Shown here: piece by piece, positions 1 through 8,717 of the stretch
Position numbering within the stretch: the stretch's first letter is position 1
Layout of the letters: each line of letters opens with the position of its first letter
Source of the DNA: an uncultured Vicinamibacteraceae bacterium
Lineage (GTDB): Bacteria; Acidobacteriota; Vicinamibacteria; Vicinamibacterales; UBA8438
DNA: 64,000 nt
Direction of reading: 5' to 3'
Assembly: GCA_964342695.1 (NCBI GenBank)
Contig: CAYFFV010000012.1
Coordinates: forward strand, 2,547 to 66,546
The notes under the pieces: generated by a model
The model's input: only the letters and a program-made list of their open reading frames with translations
Databases searched by the model: none
Told to the model about the DNA's origin: nothing
Made by a program: the position numbers and the translations under genes

Positions 1-763
1 TAAAAGCAGCTGTCGTATGAGTAGATATTTCCTGTATCGTTTCTGACCTTATCTCCGACAACGTCTCAGCAACCCGCTGGACCCACGCAGGTTCATTACG
101 TTTTCCGCGATAAGGAATCGGAGCTAAATAGGGAGCATCCGTCTCAACGAGTAACCTGTTTGCAGGAACAAACTTGGCAGCTTCTCGAACATTACCGGCT
201 TTTTGAAACGTAACAATTCCAGAAAAAGAAATATAAAAACCAAGATCCAGAGCCTGTTTCGCCAATTTAACATCTCCGGTAAAACAATGAAATACACCGG
301 TAACTTCCCCTCGTCCCTCATCACGCAATATTTCCACGGTATCAATATCAGCTTCTCTAGTGTGTATTACCAGTGGAAGATTGACCTGTCTCGCAAGTGC
401 GACCTGTCTCCGAAATACTTGCTGCTGTAACTCCTTCGGTGCGAAATCATAGTGATAGTCAAGTCCAACTTCACCGAGCGCACGTAAAGCACCTCCGGAA
501 TCTATAAACGACCGCACTAGAGGGTCGACACTTTCAAGACAGTCCACAAATTTTCCAGCCTGATGTGGATGAATTCCGGTAGCACATACTGCACTTCCCC
601 AAAGCGACTGAACGTCCTCAAACCTTTTCCATTCTGCGTTATTTGTTGCATCTAGAATACACATGGCACCGGCTAATCCGTCCGCCTTAGCTCTAGAAAC
701 GACGTCTGCCAGATCAGCCACAAAAACCTCATCTGCTAAGTGACAATGGGAGTCAATGACCAT
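1..763 (-). CDS. TatD-family metal-dependent hydrolase/DNase; 3' end runs off the left window edge
   Basis: Not in the ORF track because it is open at the edge. My minus-strand translation from ATG 763 reads MVIDSHCHLADEVF...GLDYHYD...VIHTREA...GVFHCFTGD...LVETDAPYLAPIPYRGKRNEPAWV, the typical TatD HxH and ETDAPY signatures. No stop before position 1. Confidence 0.75.
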   Translation of the reverse strand, partial: MVIDSHCHLADEVFVADLADVVSRAKADGLAGAMCILDATNNAEWKRFEDVQSLWGSAVCATGIHPHQAGKFVDCLESVDPLVRSFIDSGGALRALGEVGLDYHYDFAPKELQQQVFRRQVALARQVNLPLVIHTREADIDTVEILRDEGRGEVTGVFHCFTGDVKLAKQALDLGFYISFSGIVTFQKAGNVREAAKFVPANRLLVETDAPYLAPIPYRGKRNEPAWVQRVAETLSEIRSETIQEISTHTTAAF

Positions 764-768
764 AATGT

Positions 769-2727
769 TTATCGCACCTGTGCACCAGGAGAAGCAGAAG
801 CTGCATCATCGACCGTCAATAACGTAGCCTTACCATCTTCACCCGTTGCCGCAAGAATCATGCCCTGAGACTCAACACCAACTAATGTGGCGGGCTTAAG
901 ATTTGCGACAAACACAATCAATTTCCCTACGAGGGCTTCTGGTTGATAACTCCCAGCAATGCCTGCCACAATTTGTTTCTCGCCACTCCCCGTGTCAATT
1001 TTCACACACAACAACTTGCGAGATTTTGGAACAAGCTCAGCCGACACCACCTTTCCTACACGAAGTTCTACTTTCGAAAAATCATCTATACCAATTAATG
1101 ACGTTTCTGTTGAACTTTGTGTTTCTGATTCCTGTTGCATCATAGCTTTCTCAGGACCTTGGCCCCGCTCCTTACTTTTATTAGTAGTCAATACACTGAC
1201 CGTATCTTGACTTGAATCTAATCTTGGCCACAAAGCATCCGCCTTAATGATCATGCGTTCATTACTTGTAGACCACAACGCATCACGATCGAGGCGTAAA
1301 TCACTAACGGGGCGTGACTCTCCAACGCGCTTTAACACTTCAGCGCATGAGGTAGGCATTACCGGCATCAACAACAACGCAGCGACGCGTAATGCTTCAC
1401 CAATTTCGTAAAGCTGCTGGTCAAGATCTTTGCTGCGACTCCGCTCCTTAGCAACCGTCCACGGTTGACTCACAGTAATAAATTCATTCGTACCATCAAT
1501 CAACTCAAAAACAGCGCCAGTGGCCTGATCTAAAGCAAAGGAATCCATCGCGACTCGGTAACGTCCCACGACATCATCCGCCAGAGACGCCAGCGGACCT
1601 GCCGCTTGGCTAGGAGGCGAGAGTTTCCCACTGCGATACCGATCAACCATCGAACTAAATCGGCTAACTAGATTGCCAAAGTTATTCGCTAAGTCAGCGT
1701 TATAACTCTCACCAAACCTTTCCCATGTGAAGTCACCGTCCTGTCCGAATCCTATTGCCTTCGTCAGATACAAACGTAAGGGATCTGGTCCCAATCGATT
1801 AGCAGCTTCAAGCGGATCAAGGACCGTGCCCAGAGATTTACTCATCTTTTGACCCTTCCAGTGAACCCATCCATGACCAAACACTTGTTGGGGTAAAGGC
1901 AATCCAGCACTCATCAACATTGCAGGCCAGATTACGCAATGGAAACGAGTAATATCTTTACCGATAATATGGAGATTAGCGGGCCACCACTTCTCAAATA
2001 AATCCTCGTCGGTCCCATAACCAACGGCAGAAACATAATTAATTAATGCATCCACCCAAACGTAGACCACGCTGTCAGGGTCAAATGGTACCGGTATACC
2101 CCAAGACTGCCCAGTACGACTTATCGAAATATCCTCGGGACCAGCCTCTATGAACCTGAGAACCTCATTACGCCGTATATCGGGTTGTAGAAATTCAGGA
2201 TGTGCCGTGTAGTGTTCAAGAAGACGATCACGATATTTCGACAAACGAAAAAAATGATTCTTTTCTTTGATCCACTGCGGCCTGATCTGATGCACGGGAC
2301 AATTTTCATCAATTAAATCTTTTTCCTGCTTAAAGGCTTCACAGGAAATACAATACCAACCTTCATAGGCTCCTTCATAAAGATCTCCGTTATCCGCAAG
2401 CTTTTGCACCATCGTAGTAACACCAATACGATGCCGCTCTTGGGTCGTGCGAAGAAAATCATCAAAAGACACTCCTAGGTGCTGCCACACATCCCGAAAC
2501 TCAGCATCCATCTGATCACAAAATTCGAGCGGATCCATATTCTGTTCTTTCGCCCGTTGATAGACGTTCTGAGAATGTTCGTCATTACCCATGACAAAGA
2601 GAGTGTCCACACCAGACAAGCGTTTGTAGCGAGCAATCACATCGGCGGCAATTTTTTCGTATGCCGTTCCTAAATGAGGTCGACTATTCACGTAATCAAT
2701 CGCGGTCGTTACATAAAAACGTGACAT
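769..2727 (-). CDS. metG: Methionyl-tRNA synthetase with C-terminal EMAP/Trbp111-like tRNA-binding domain
   Basis: 652 aa. Class I aaRS N-terminus (YVTTAIDYVNSRPHLGTAYE), KMSKS loop (KMSKSLG) and a Cys knuckle (CISCEAF..CPVH). C-terminal VGKVVSAELVPKSRKLLCVKID tRNA-binding domain. ATG lies 1 nt after the larC stop. Confidence 0.95.
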   Translation of the reverse strand: MSRFYVTTAIDYVNSRPHLGTAYEKIAADVIARYKRLSGVDTLFVMGNDEHSQNVYQRAKEQNMDPLEFCDQMDAEFRDVWQHLGVSFDDFLRTTQERHRIGVTTMVQKLADNGDLYEGAYEGWYCISCEAFKQEKDLIDENCPVHQIRPQWIKEKNHFFRLSKYRDRLLEHYTAHPEFLQPDIRRNEVLRFIEAGPEDISISRTGQSWGIPVPFDPDSVVYVWVDALINYVSAVGYGTDEDLFEKWWPANLHIIGKDITRFHCVIWPAMLMSAGLPLPQQVFGHGWVHWKGQKMSKSLGTVLDPLEAANRLGPDPLRLYLTKAIGFGQDGDFTWERFGESYNADLANNFGNLVSRFSSMVDRYRSGKLSPPSQAAGPLASLADDVVGRYRVAMDSFALDQATGAVFELIDGTNEFITVSQPWTVAKERSRSKDLDQQLYEIGEALRVAALLLMPVMPTSCAEVLKRVGESRPVSDLRLDRDALWSTSNERMIIKADALWPRLDSSQDTVSVLTTNKSKERGQGPEKAMMQQESETQSSTETSLIGIDDFSKVELRVGKVVSAELVPKSRKLLCVKIDTGSGEKQIVAGIAGSYQPEALVGKLIVFVANLKPATLVGVESQGMILAATGEDGKATLLTVDDAASASPGAQVR

Positions 2728-2728
2728 A

Positions 2729-3949
2729 TTATTCGTCCAAATACGCCTTCATTGCCACAGCCTGTACCTCTTTAACAGAAATCGCATGCTTGGTTGCCAA
2801 TCGCACACAATCATCAAATTCTGGACAGACATTGACAATCGTATTTTCATATCGAGCAAGTTTAAATTGGACAGCTCCGAGTTTCGTCTGAACAATGACT
2901 TGCTCACGTACAAGACACTCTCGGTCCATTTCTTTAAATCGAAGACCAATAGTTGATGTTTCCCTAAATAAAATACTACTCAACGCCACTCGATCTTCAG
3001 GAAGACCAACTATCGACACTAGAATGCCAGGACGATTTTTTTTCATCTGCACCGGTGTAAAAAATACATCTAGAGCACCCGCAGCATATAACTGATCCAT
3101 AACCACACCGTACAACTGTGGATTCATATCATCAATCTCGGTATCAATGACTACGACACGCTGCAGGACATTCCCCTGACCTTCATCACCAAGAATCAGT
3201 CTAAGCACATTCGGCGAATCAGGAATATCAAGGTCCCCGGCCCCGTACCCGACCTGACGGATCTTTAACTGAGGCATGAGCCCATAAGAATCCGCGTAAT
3301 CAGAAATAATCAATGCCCCCGTCGGAGTCAGCAACTCGGCATCTACACTAGTCGCATACACTTCGACATCAGAAAGTAGATACGTTGTCGCAGGAGCCGG
3401 AACAGGAAACACACCATGGGCACATTTAACACGACCTGAACCGACGTTAACAGCAGAGGCAACGACTCGGTCAACCCCTATCCACTCCAAGCCAAAAACA
3501 GCTCCGACTACATCAACAATTGAATCAACGGCACCCACCTCGTGAAAATGAATTTCCTCGACTGATTGCTGGTGAACATCTGCCTCCGCCTCCGCCAAAC
3601 GTCTAAACAGATGCTTGGAACGATCTTTTACTGAACTCGTCAAACCGGAACCGTCGATTATCTTATTTATTGCGGACAAGTTTCGATGATGATGATGATG
3701 ATGAGGCTGACCAGATTCGTGCTGATGCGAGGCATGATCTTTAAAAGACTCATCGTTCAACACATGCACATTTGTTGCGCCAACGCCTGAACGATCCACT
3801 CGAGCGCGCTCAATCTTAACACCTTCAAGCCCCAAGCTATCGACGGCTTCTTTCAGCCCCTCAAGCGGTAATCCCAAGTCAAGTAATGCCCCTAAAATCA
3901 TGTCGCCTGAAGCACCAGAAAAACAATCAAAATACAAAAGTCTAGCCAC
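2729..3949 (-). CDS. larC: LarC-family nickel insertion protein (DUF111, nickel-pincer cofactor biosynthesis)
   Basis: 406 aa. N-terminus MARLLYFDCFSGASGDMILGALLDLG is the DUF111/LarC signature. Internal His-rich tract HQHESGQPHHHHHH. Confidence 0.85.
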   Translation of the reverse strand: MARLLYFDCFSGASGDMILGALLDLGLPLEGLKEAVDSLGLEGVKIERARVDRSGVGATNVHVLNDESFKDHASHQHESGQPHHHHHHRNLSAINKIIDGSGLTSSVKDRSKHLFRRLAEAEADVHQQSVEEIHFHEVGAVDSIVDVVGAVFGLEWIGVDRVVASAVNVGSGRVKCAHGVFPVPAPATTYLLSDVEVYATSVDAELLTPTGALIISDYADSYGLMPQLKIRQVGYGAGDLDIPDSPNVLRLILGDEGQGNVLQRVVVIDTEIDDMNPQLYGVVMDQLYAAGALDVFFTPVQMKKNRPGILVSIVGLPEDRVALSSILFRETSTIGLRFKEMDRECLVREQVIVQTKLGAVQFKLARYENTIVNVCPEFDDCVRLATKHAISVKEVQAVAMKAYLDE

Positions 3950-4001
3950 TTGAATTTATCTTCCTCAATTTATTCACCCTCACTGATTGTACCTTTAGTA
4001 A

Positions 4002-4832
4002 TCAGTCAGTGGGTGCGCCCGCCCATTGGCCCTCACATATAATTTCGGCAGCCCCTGTTAAATAGATTTCATCGGTAGACCATTCAACCTGTTGGGTACC
4101 TCCAGGAGATACAACCTCTAGGGACCGAGAAGCTCCGGCAAAAGTAATACCAACTATCGCAGACGCACATGCCCCAGTACCGGATGCCTGAGTCGGACCA
4201 ACTCCACGTTCCCAAATTAATATTTTAAGTCGACTGGGTGACTCAACTTGAAGAAACTCCACGTTCGTTCCATTTGGAAAGGTCTCATGTGTAGACAGGA
4301 GTGGGCCCAGATAATTAAACCGTTTTTCATCTAATTTATCGACAATTACTACACACTGTGGATTACCAACCGACAGCATCGTCACATCGACAGATTCATC
4401 ATGAACATGCAAATTACCTTGTTCAATACCCTCCGGTTGCCCCATGTTCGCCTTAAAGACATAACGAGGAGATGCGGATTCCAGAAGAGTCAGAGTTTTT
4501 ATCCCACCATCAGTTTCAATCACAAAGCTCGACCCTGACACCTTGTTACTTGCCAATATCGCCCCAAGACACCGGACCCCATTGCCTGACACTTCTGCTA
4601 CTGAGCCATCGGCGTTAAAAAGTTTCATACTGGCTCCACTCGGCTTAGGCCGATAGAAGATCAAGCCGTCAGCACCGACACCTCTATTGCGATCACACAA
4701 ACTTCGTGCCAGCCTAGAGAGATCCCCATTACCGAGATATCCAGATCGCATTTGCTTGTCCAGCCCTTCATCATGCTCGACAAAGAGAAAATCATTTCCA
4801 TAAGCATGCGCTTTTATAAAATCCATCATCAA
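4002..4832 (-). CDS. dapF: Diaminopimelate epimerase
   Basis: 276 aa. GNDFLFV motif and both catalytic Cys contexts (SVGNPQCVV and ASGTGACASA). Confidence 0.9.
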   Translation of the reverse strand: MMMDFIKAHAYGNDFLFVEHDEGLDKQMRSGYLGNGDLSRLARSLCDRNRGVGADGLIFYRPKPSGASMKLFNADGSVAEVSGNGVRCLGAILASNKVSGSSFVIETDGGIKTLTLLESASPRYVFKANMGQPEGIEQGNLHVHDESVDVTMLSVGNPQCVVIVDKLDEKRFNYLGPLLSTHETFPNGTNVEFLQVESPSRLKILIWERGVGPTQASGTGACASAIVGITFAGASRSLEVVSPGGTQQVEWSTDEIYLTGAAEIICEGQWAGAPTD

Positions 4833-4899
4833 GACTCACTCAGAAAAATCATCATGACATTTACTTATCACGGCTGAAATTAATCAACATCGTCCTTAT

Positions 4900-5766
4900 T
4901 CAAGGAATTTCTATCGCCTTAAAAACCCAAGTGACTCCGGCTGTCACACCGAGCGACGCGTCCTGTTGGGCGACAAGCCCACTGATAAAAGCCCCATCAA
5001 AACGAAACGACCCATGCGTATAGCGAAGACCAGCTCTTATATGACCCGATGTATCGGTCCCAGGAGGCGGTGCCCCACGACGAGTATTAGCACGTCCATT
5101 AATTTCTGCAACGACCTCCATAGCATGAGTAAGAGCTCTGGCCACTGACACCCCATACAGAACGACATCATTCTGACGCTCACCACGTGTCGGATCACTT
5201 AAAATACCCAGCCCAATGTTCCCAACCACTCGGATCGACTGAATGTTTTTTCCGATCAACAAAGTATTATAAAAATCCATAGTATCGAGACCGAGACCAC
5301 TCTCGTTACCAGCATTCGGTAATCGGGTCGCAAAACGTAATGCAAACGAGGGTCGACGATCGGTTTCGGCAAGTAAACGTGTCTTCGCTCCAATTACTAA
5401 ATCAGACATGTCAGATGTCGTATCACCTGGGAAATTAACGAGTGCCGATAATGGTGCCTGCTGTCGATCGGTTACACGAAGACTCTGGTAAGAAATTCCA
5501 TCTATCTGCACCTCTGCGATAGAACTTATTCCGATACTCACGCCCATTGTCGGGAATCTAAGGCGGTGTCCCTCTAAGCCTGATACGGGATAAGGTTGGT
5601 TACGAAAATAATCAACTCCAGCTTCAAGCAAAACATTTCCGCTTCCGACGGACTCAGGATCCTCTGTCAACAATGGGCGCTGTTGAGCGAACACTGGAAC
5701 TGCCGCTATAAGAAAGACTGCATATAAAAATCCCCAACTAAAAATGCGCCACAAACATAACCTCAT
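4900..5766 (-). CDS. Putative outer-membrane beta-barrel protein (function unknown)
   Basis: 288 aa. Signal peptide ending VPVFAQQ, alternating hydrophobic beta-strand pattern, C-terminal aromatic (..WVFKAIEIP). No catalytic motif recognised. Confidence 0.45.
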   Translation of the reverse strand: MRLCLWRIFSWGFLYAVFLIAAVPVFAQQRPLLTEDPESVGSGNVLLEAGVDYFRNQPYPVSGLEGHRLRFPTMGVSIGISSIAEVQIDGISYQSLRVTDRQQAPLSALVNFPGDTTSDMSDLVIGAKTRLLAETDRRPSFALRFATRLPNAGNESGLGLDTMDFYNTLLIGKNIQSIRVVGNIGLGILSDPTRGERQNDVVLYGVSVARALTHAMEVVAEINGRANTRRGAPPPGTDTSGHIRAGLRYTHGSFRFDGAFISGLVAQQDASLGVTAGVTWVFKAIEIP

Positions 5767-5792
5767 CTATATTTCACCATTCCTTAAAATAG

Positions 5793-6344
5793 CTACACAT
5801 GCTCACCATCATCAGACCGAATATAAAATAATGCCGCTGCATCATAAGTCGTATGAGCCAGAATTGCTGCTAGGAGCCCTCCAGAGACGATCGTTACAGC
5901 TCCCAGTACAGCTCCCATGATCGCCACCCACATGCCGTAAATCCAAGTCCCTCTGCCTCCTGTATGCAATAGACCAAAAAAAAGAGCGGCGAACAGCACA
6001 CCAATTTCTGGCTGTATAACACCCCTAAAAAACAATTCCTCACCGATCCCAGCCGCCACACTTATAACCACAATGTCAAAACCCTTTACCGTGCGAAATG
6101 TAGGTTTTAACAATGTCTGATAAATGTTTCGGAACTCCCTGACACCGGCTACATCAGGTGCCACACGTAACAGGTACCAATTCACCAGCATTAACAACAC
6201 GGCCGTGAGAAAACCCAAAAAGACTGCTGGCACTATGTTCCCGGCTGCCAGTGGCAATCCACGAAAGACAGCCCATGCCAAAGCTATCACCACAAGCGCT
6301 CCCTCTCCCAGCAAAGCCAGTCGAGTCAATTGGTGAGCCCTCAT
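5793..6344 (-). CDS. CPBP-family (CAAX-type) intramembrane glutamic protease
   Basis: 183 aa polytopic protein. EELFFRG motif, a second His motif (FGLLHTG) and a C-terminal HTTYD motif typical of the Abi/CPBP family. Confidence 0.8.
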   Translation of the reverse strand: MRAHQLTRLALLGEGALVVIALAWAVFRGLPLAAGNIVPAVFLGFLTAVLLMLVNWYLLRVAPDVAGVREFRNIYQTLLKPTFRTVKGFDIVVISVAAGIGEELFFRGVIQPEIGVLFAALFFGLLHTGGRGTWIYGMWVAIMGAVLGAVTIVSGGLLAAILAHTTYDAAALFYIRSDDGEHV

Positions 6345-6345
6345 C

Positions 6346-6801
6346 TCAGGCTTCTCTGCGGTGATCGCTATCCAGCATCAAAGTTACAGGACCGTCATTC
6401 ACCAACTCAACATCCATCGCGGCTTGAAATTCACCAGTAGACACTCTCACCCCACCATCCCGTAAGCCGCAAACAAACCCGTCATACAGGACCCTCGCCT
6501 CTTGTGGAGACGCGGCTTCTTGAAATGAAGGCCGCCTCCCTCGTCGACAATCACCGTAGAGGGTAAACTGGGACACAACGAGTACCTCGCCATCAATATC
6601 TACAACCGATCGATTCATTTTTCCTAGGCCATCATTAAAAACACGCAGGTGACAAATTTTCTCACACAGGTAACTGATATCGCTCTCCGTGTCACCTCCA
6701 CGAAACCCAGCAAACAGTAGCAGTCCGTGGTTAATGTGCCCAACTTGCCTCTTGCCCACGAGGACACGGGCAGAGCGAACACGCTGAACTAATAGCCTCA
6801 T
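6346..6801 (-). CDS. dtd: D-aminoacyl-tRNA deacylase
   Basis: [17 protein letters not shown] and NDGPVT motifs. The ORF is open to a GTG at 6846. I prefer ATG 6801 (MRLLVQRV...), which matches the canonical Dtd N-terminus and length. Confidence 0.9.
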   Translation of the reverse strand: MRLLVQRVRSARVLVGKRQVGHINHGLLLFAGFRGGDTESDISYLCEKICHLRVFNDGLGKMNRSVVDIDGEVLVVSQFTLYGDCRRGRRPSFQEAASPQEARVLYDGFVCGLRDGGVRVSTGEFQAAMDVELVNDGPVTLMLDSDHRREA

Positions 6802-6842
6802 TGTATTTTCCAGATCGGCTCGCTGTTTTGCATTCAAAAACT

Positions 6843-7664
6843 TCACGGCGTAGCAAGTTGAAGGCTGGCTGCCGCCTGAACACGAAGATCCGAAACAGGA
6901 TTGAGACGGTTGTCAAGCAAGTGTCTGGGCGCAACGTTTCCCAACGCCGTCAGCATCGACTGTTTAATACCAGGGTGCTCACGGTCAAAATCTAAGAGCA
7001 GCCGTTTGATCCTCTGACGCTTTAAACTTAGATCGCCACATACGGGACAACAGCATCCGATCACCGGGAGACCACAGTCTCGTGTGTAGTTACTCGCCTC
7101 GTCTTCGGACACATAAACCAAGGGTCGAATCACAATATGTTGACGATCATCTGAAACCAACCGAGCTGGCATTGCTTTGAGACTGCCGTTAAAAAACAAA
7201 TTCAGCAACAGGGTTTCGATAAAATCATCTGCATGATGCCCTAACGCAATCTTTGTAGCCCCCACCGCTGAAGCTATCCGATATAAAACCCCCCTTCTTA
7301 ATCGAGCACAAAGAGAACATGGGGTTTCATCTGCCTCAAGCACATCCTCAATAACCTCTCCGATCACCGTATGCTCAATGCGATATTCCCAGCCCCGTTC
7401 TTCACACGCCTCAGCGATTACATTGTGTTTATAATCCACATAACCTGAATCCACATTCACCGCAACCATAGAAAAATCGATTGGAGCTCTTCGGCGAAGG
7501 ACGTCCAAAATCTGCATCAAAGCCCAACTATCTTTTCCACCAGATAGCCCGACCATCACACGATCACCATTTTCAATCAAATCGAATGTCTTAATCGCCT
7601 TGGTTGTTTTTCGGGCAATACGAGCTTCGCGATTATTACGATAGGCCATAAAAGATCCGAACAC
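6843..7664 (-). CDS. ttcA: tRNA 2-thiocytidine biosynthesis protein TtcA-like PP-loop ATPase
   Basis: 273 aa. PP-loop [16 protein letters not shown] and CCCPVCG cysteine clusters typical of TtcA/TtuA-type Fe-S thiolases. Confidence 0.85.
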   Translation of the reverse strand: MFGSFMAYRNNREARIARKTTKAIKTFDLIENGDRVMVGLSGGKDSWALMQILDVLRRRAPIDFSMVAVNVDSGYVDYKHNVIAEACEERGWEYRIEHTVIGEVIEDVLEADETPCSLCARLRRGVLYRIASAVGATKIALGHHADDFIETLLLNLFFNGSLKAMPARLVSDDRQHIVIRPLVYVSEDEASNYTRDCGLPVIGCCCPVCGDLSLKRQRIKRLLLDFDREHPGIKQSMLTALGNVAPRHLLDNRLNPVSDLRVQAAASLQLATP

Positions 7665-7669
7665 GGAAT

Positions 7670-8701
7670 CTACACAAGAAGCAAGCGTTCAAGTGTGTCT
7701 TCCCAAGAAATTGCTGCGATCTGTTGCCGCGCAGTTACTCCCATACGCTCCGCGAGAGCTGCGTCTTCAGACAATATCGCAAATGCCTGCGACAGCGAGT
7801 TCCTCTCGGGTTCCGTCACAATACCACTTTGCCCATCTACGACTAATTCAGCTGGACCGCCACTATCATTACAGGTTATTACAGATTTACCTGCCGCAAA
7901 GGCCTCCGCCGTCACAAGCCCATAATCTTCTTGGTAAGCTGGATAACACACCGCGCGACATCGGGCTAATTCGTCGAGCAATTCAGAGTCACCGACAGCT
8001 CCACGAAAATGAACTCGATCTTCAATGCCATAATGGGTCACTTGTTCTCGTAATGATTGCGCGCATTCTCCGTCTCCAACAATGACACAGCGCACACCCG
8101 CGGCAGCAGGCTGTGCAAGCGCATCAATCACGAGATTGACCCGCTTGAGTGGCGTCAATCTTGAAATAACAAGAATACTTCCTCCATATCCATCACATCG
8201 GTAAGGTCGCTGAGGTGGTGGAGGATATACCACAGTAGACGGGATACTTCCCATCGATTTTAAACGTTTCTGAATAGTGCGTGACTGAGCGAATACTTTA
8301 CTAACATTACTCTTCAAGAGGTACCCATCCACAAAGTGAAGAAGGCGACGTCTCACAGCTTCCTTCACATGGGCTCGTGCCGACAACGAGGCGCTAAACA
8401 CTGGCCACTGATCATAATATTCACGCATCCGGTGATTCAGCCAACACACATGTGCATTATGCCGAACGGCGTAACTCGGGAAACGGAGACTAATTACCTG
8501 GTCGATCGAGCGACCATCATGGCTTCTGCCAACGTCGGTTAACCAGTTGGCCACATAGGCACTGCCTTGGCGACCGAATCGATTCTGGGGCGTGCACAGC
8601 AGACCAGATTGATGACCTGCATCACGAAGAGCACGAGTCAGTGCCTCAGCAATAACCAAATGTCCTCCACTCGCTAGCGGCGGATGTGAAGTAACGACCA
8701 T
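7670..8701 (-). CDS. Glycosyltransferase family 4 (GT-B fold)
   Basis: ORF 7670..8737. EX7E motif (YQEDYGLVTAEAFAAGKSVI). I prefer ATG 8701 (MVVTSHPPLASGGH..) because it removes the 20-nt overlap with the upstream gene. Confidence 0.8.
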   Translation of the reverse strand: MVVTSHPPLASGGHLVIAEALTRALRDAGHQSGLLCTPQNRFGRQGSAYVANWLTDVGRSHDGRSIDQVISLRFPSYAVRHNAHVCWLNHRMREYYDQWPVFSASLSARAHVKEAVRRRLLHFVDGYLLKSNVSKVFAQSRTIQKRLKSMGSIPSTVVYPPPPQRPYRCDGYGGSILVISRLTPLKRVNLVIDALAQPAAAGVRCVIVGDGECAQSLREQVTHYGIEDRVHFRGAVGDSELLDELARCRAVCYPAYQEDYGLVTAEAFAAGKSVITCNDSGGPAELVVDGQSGIVTEPERNSLSQAFAILSEDAALAERMGVTARQQIAAISWEDTLERLLLV

Positions 8702-8717
8702 TATTCTAGCCACAATT

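Noticed and set aside
124-430. 73-aa and 75-aa ORFs at the left edge
   Set aside because: Both lie inside the TatD-family reading frame that I translated by hand. That frame is open from 763 to position 1 and has strong family signatures.
3036-3043. Homopolymer runs (T8 in larC; A8 near 38865 in the DedA gene; T9 near 40613 in the IMPase gene; A8 near 62787) as phase-variation switches
   Set aside because: All keep the annotated frames intact and encode ordinary Lys/Phe runs. Without population data there is no evidence of slippage, and the genes are not typical contingency loci.
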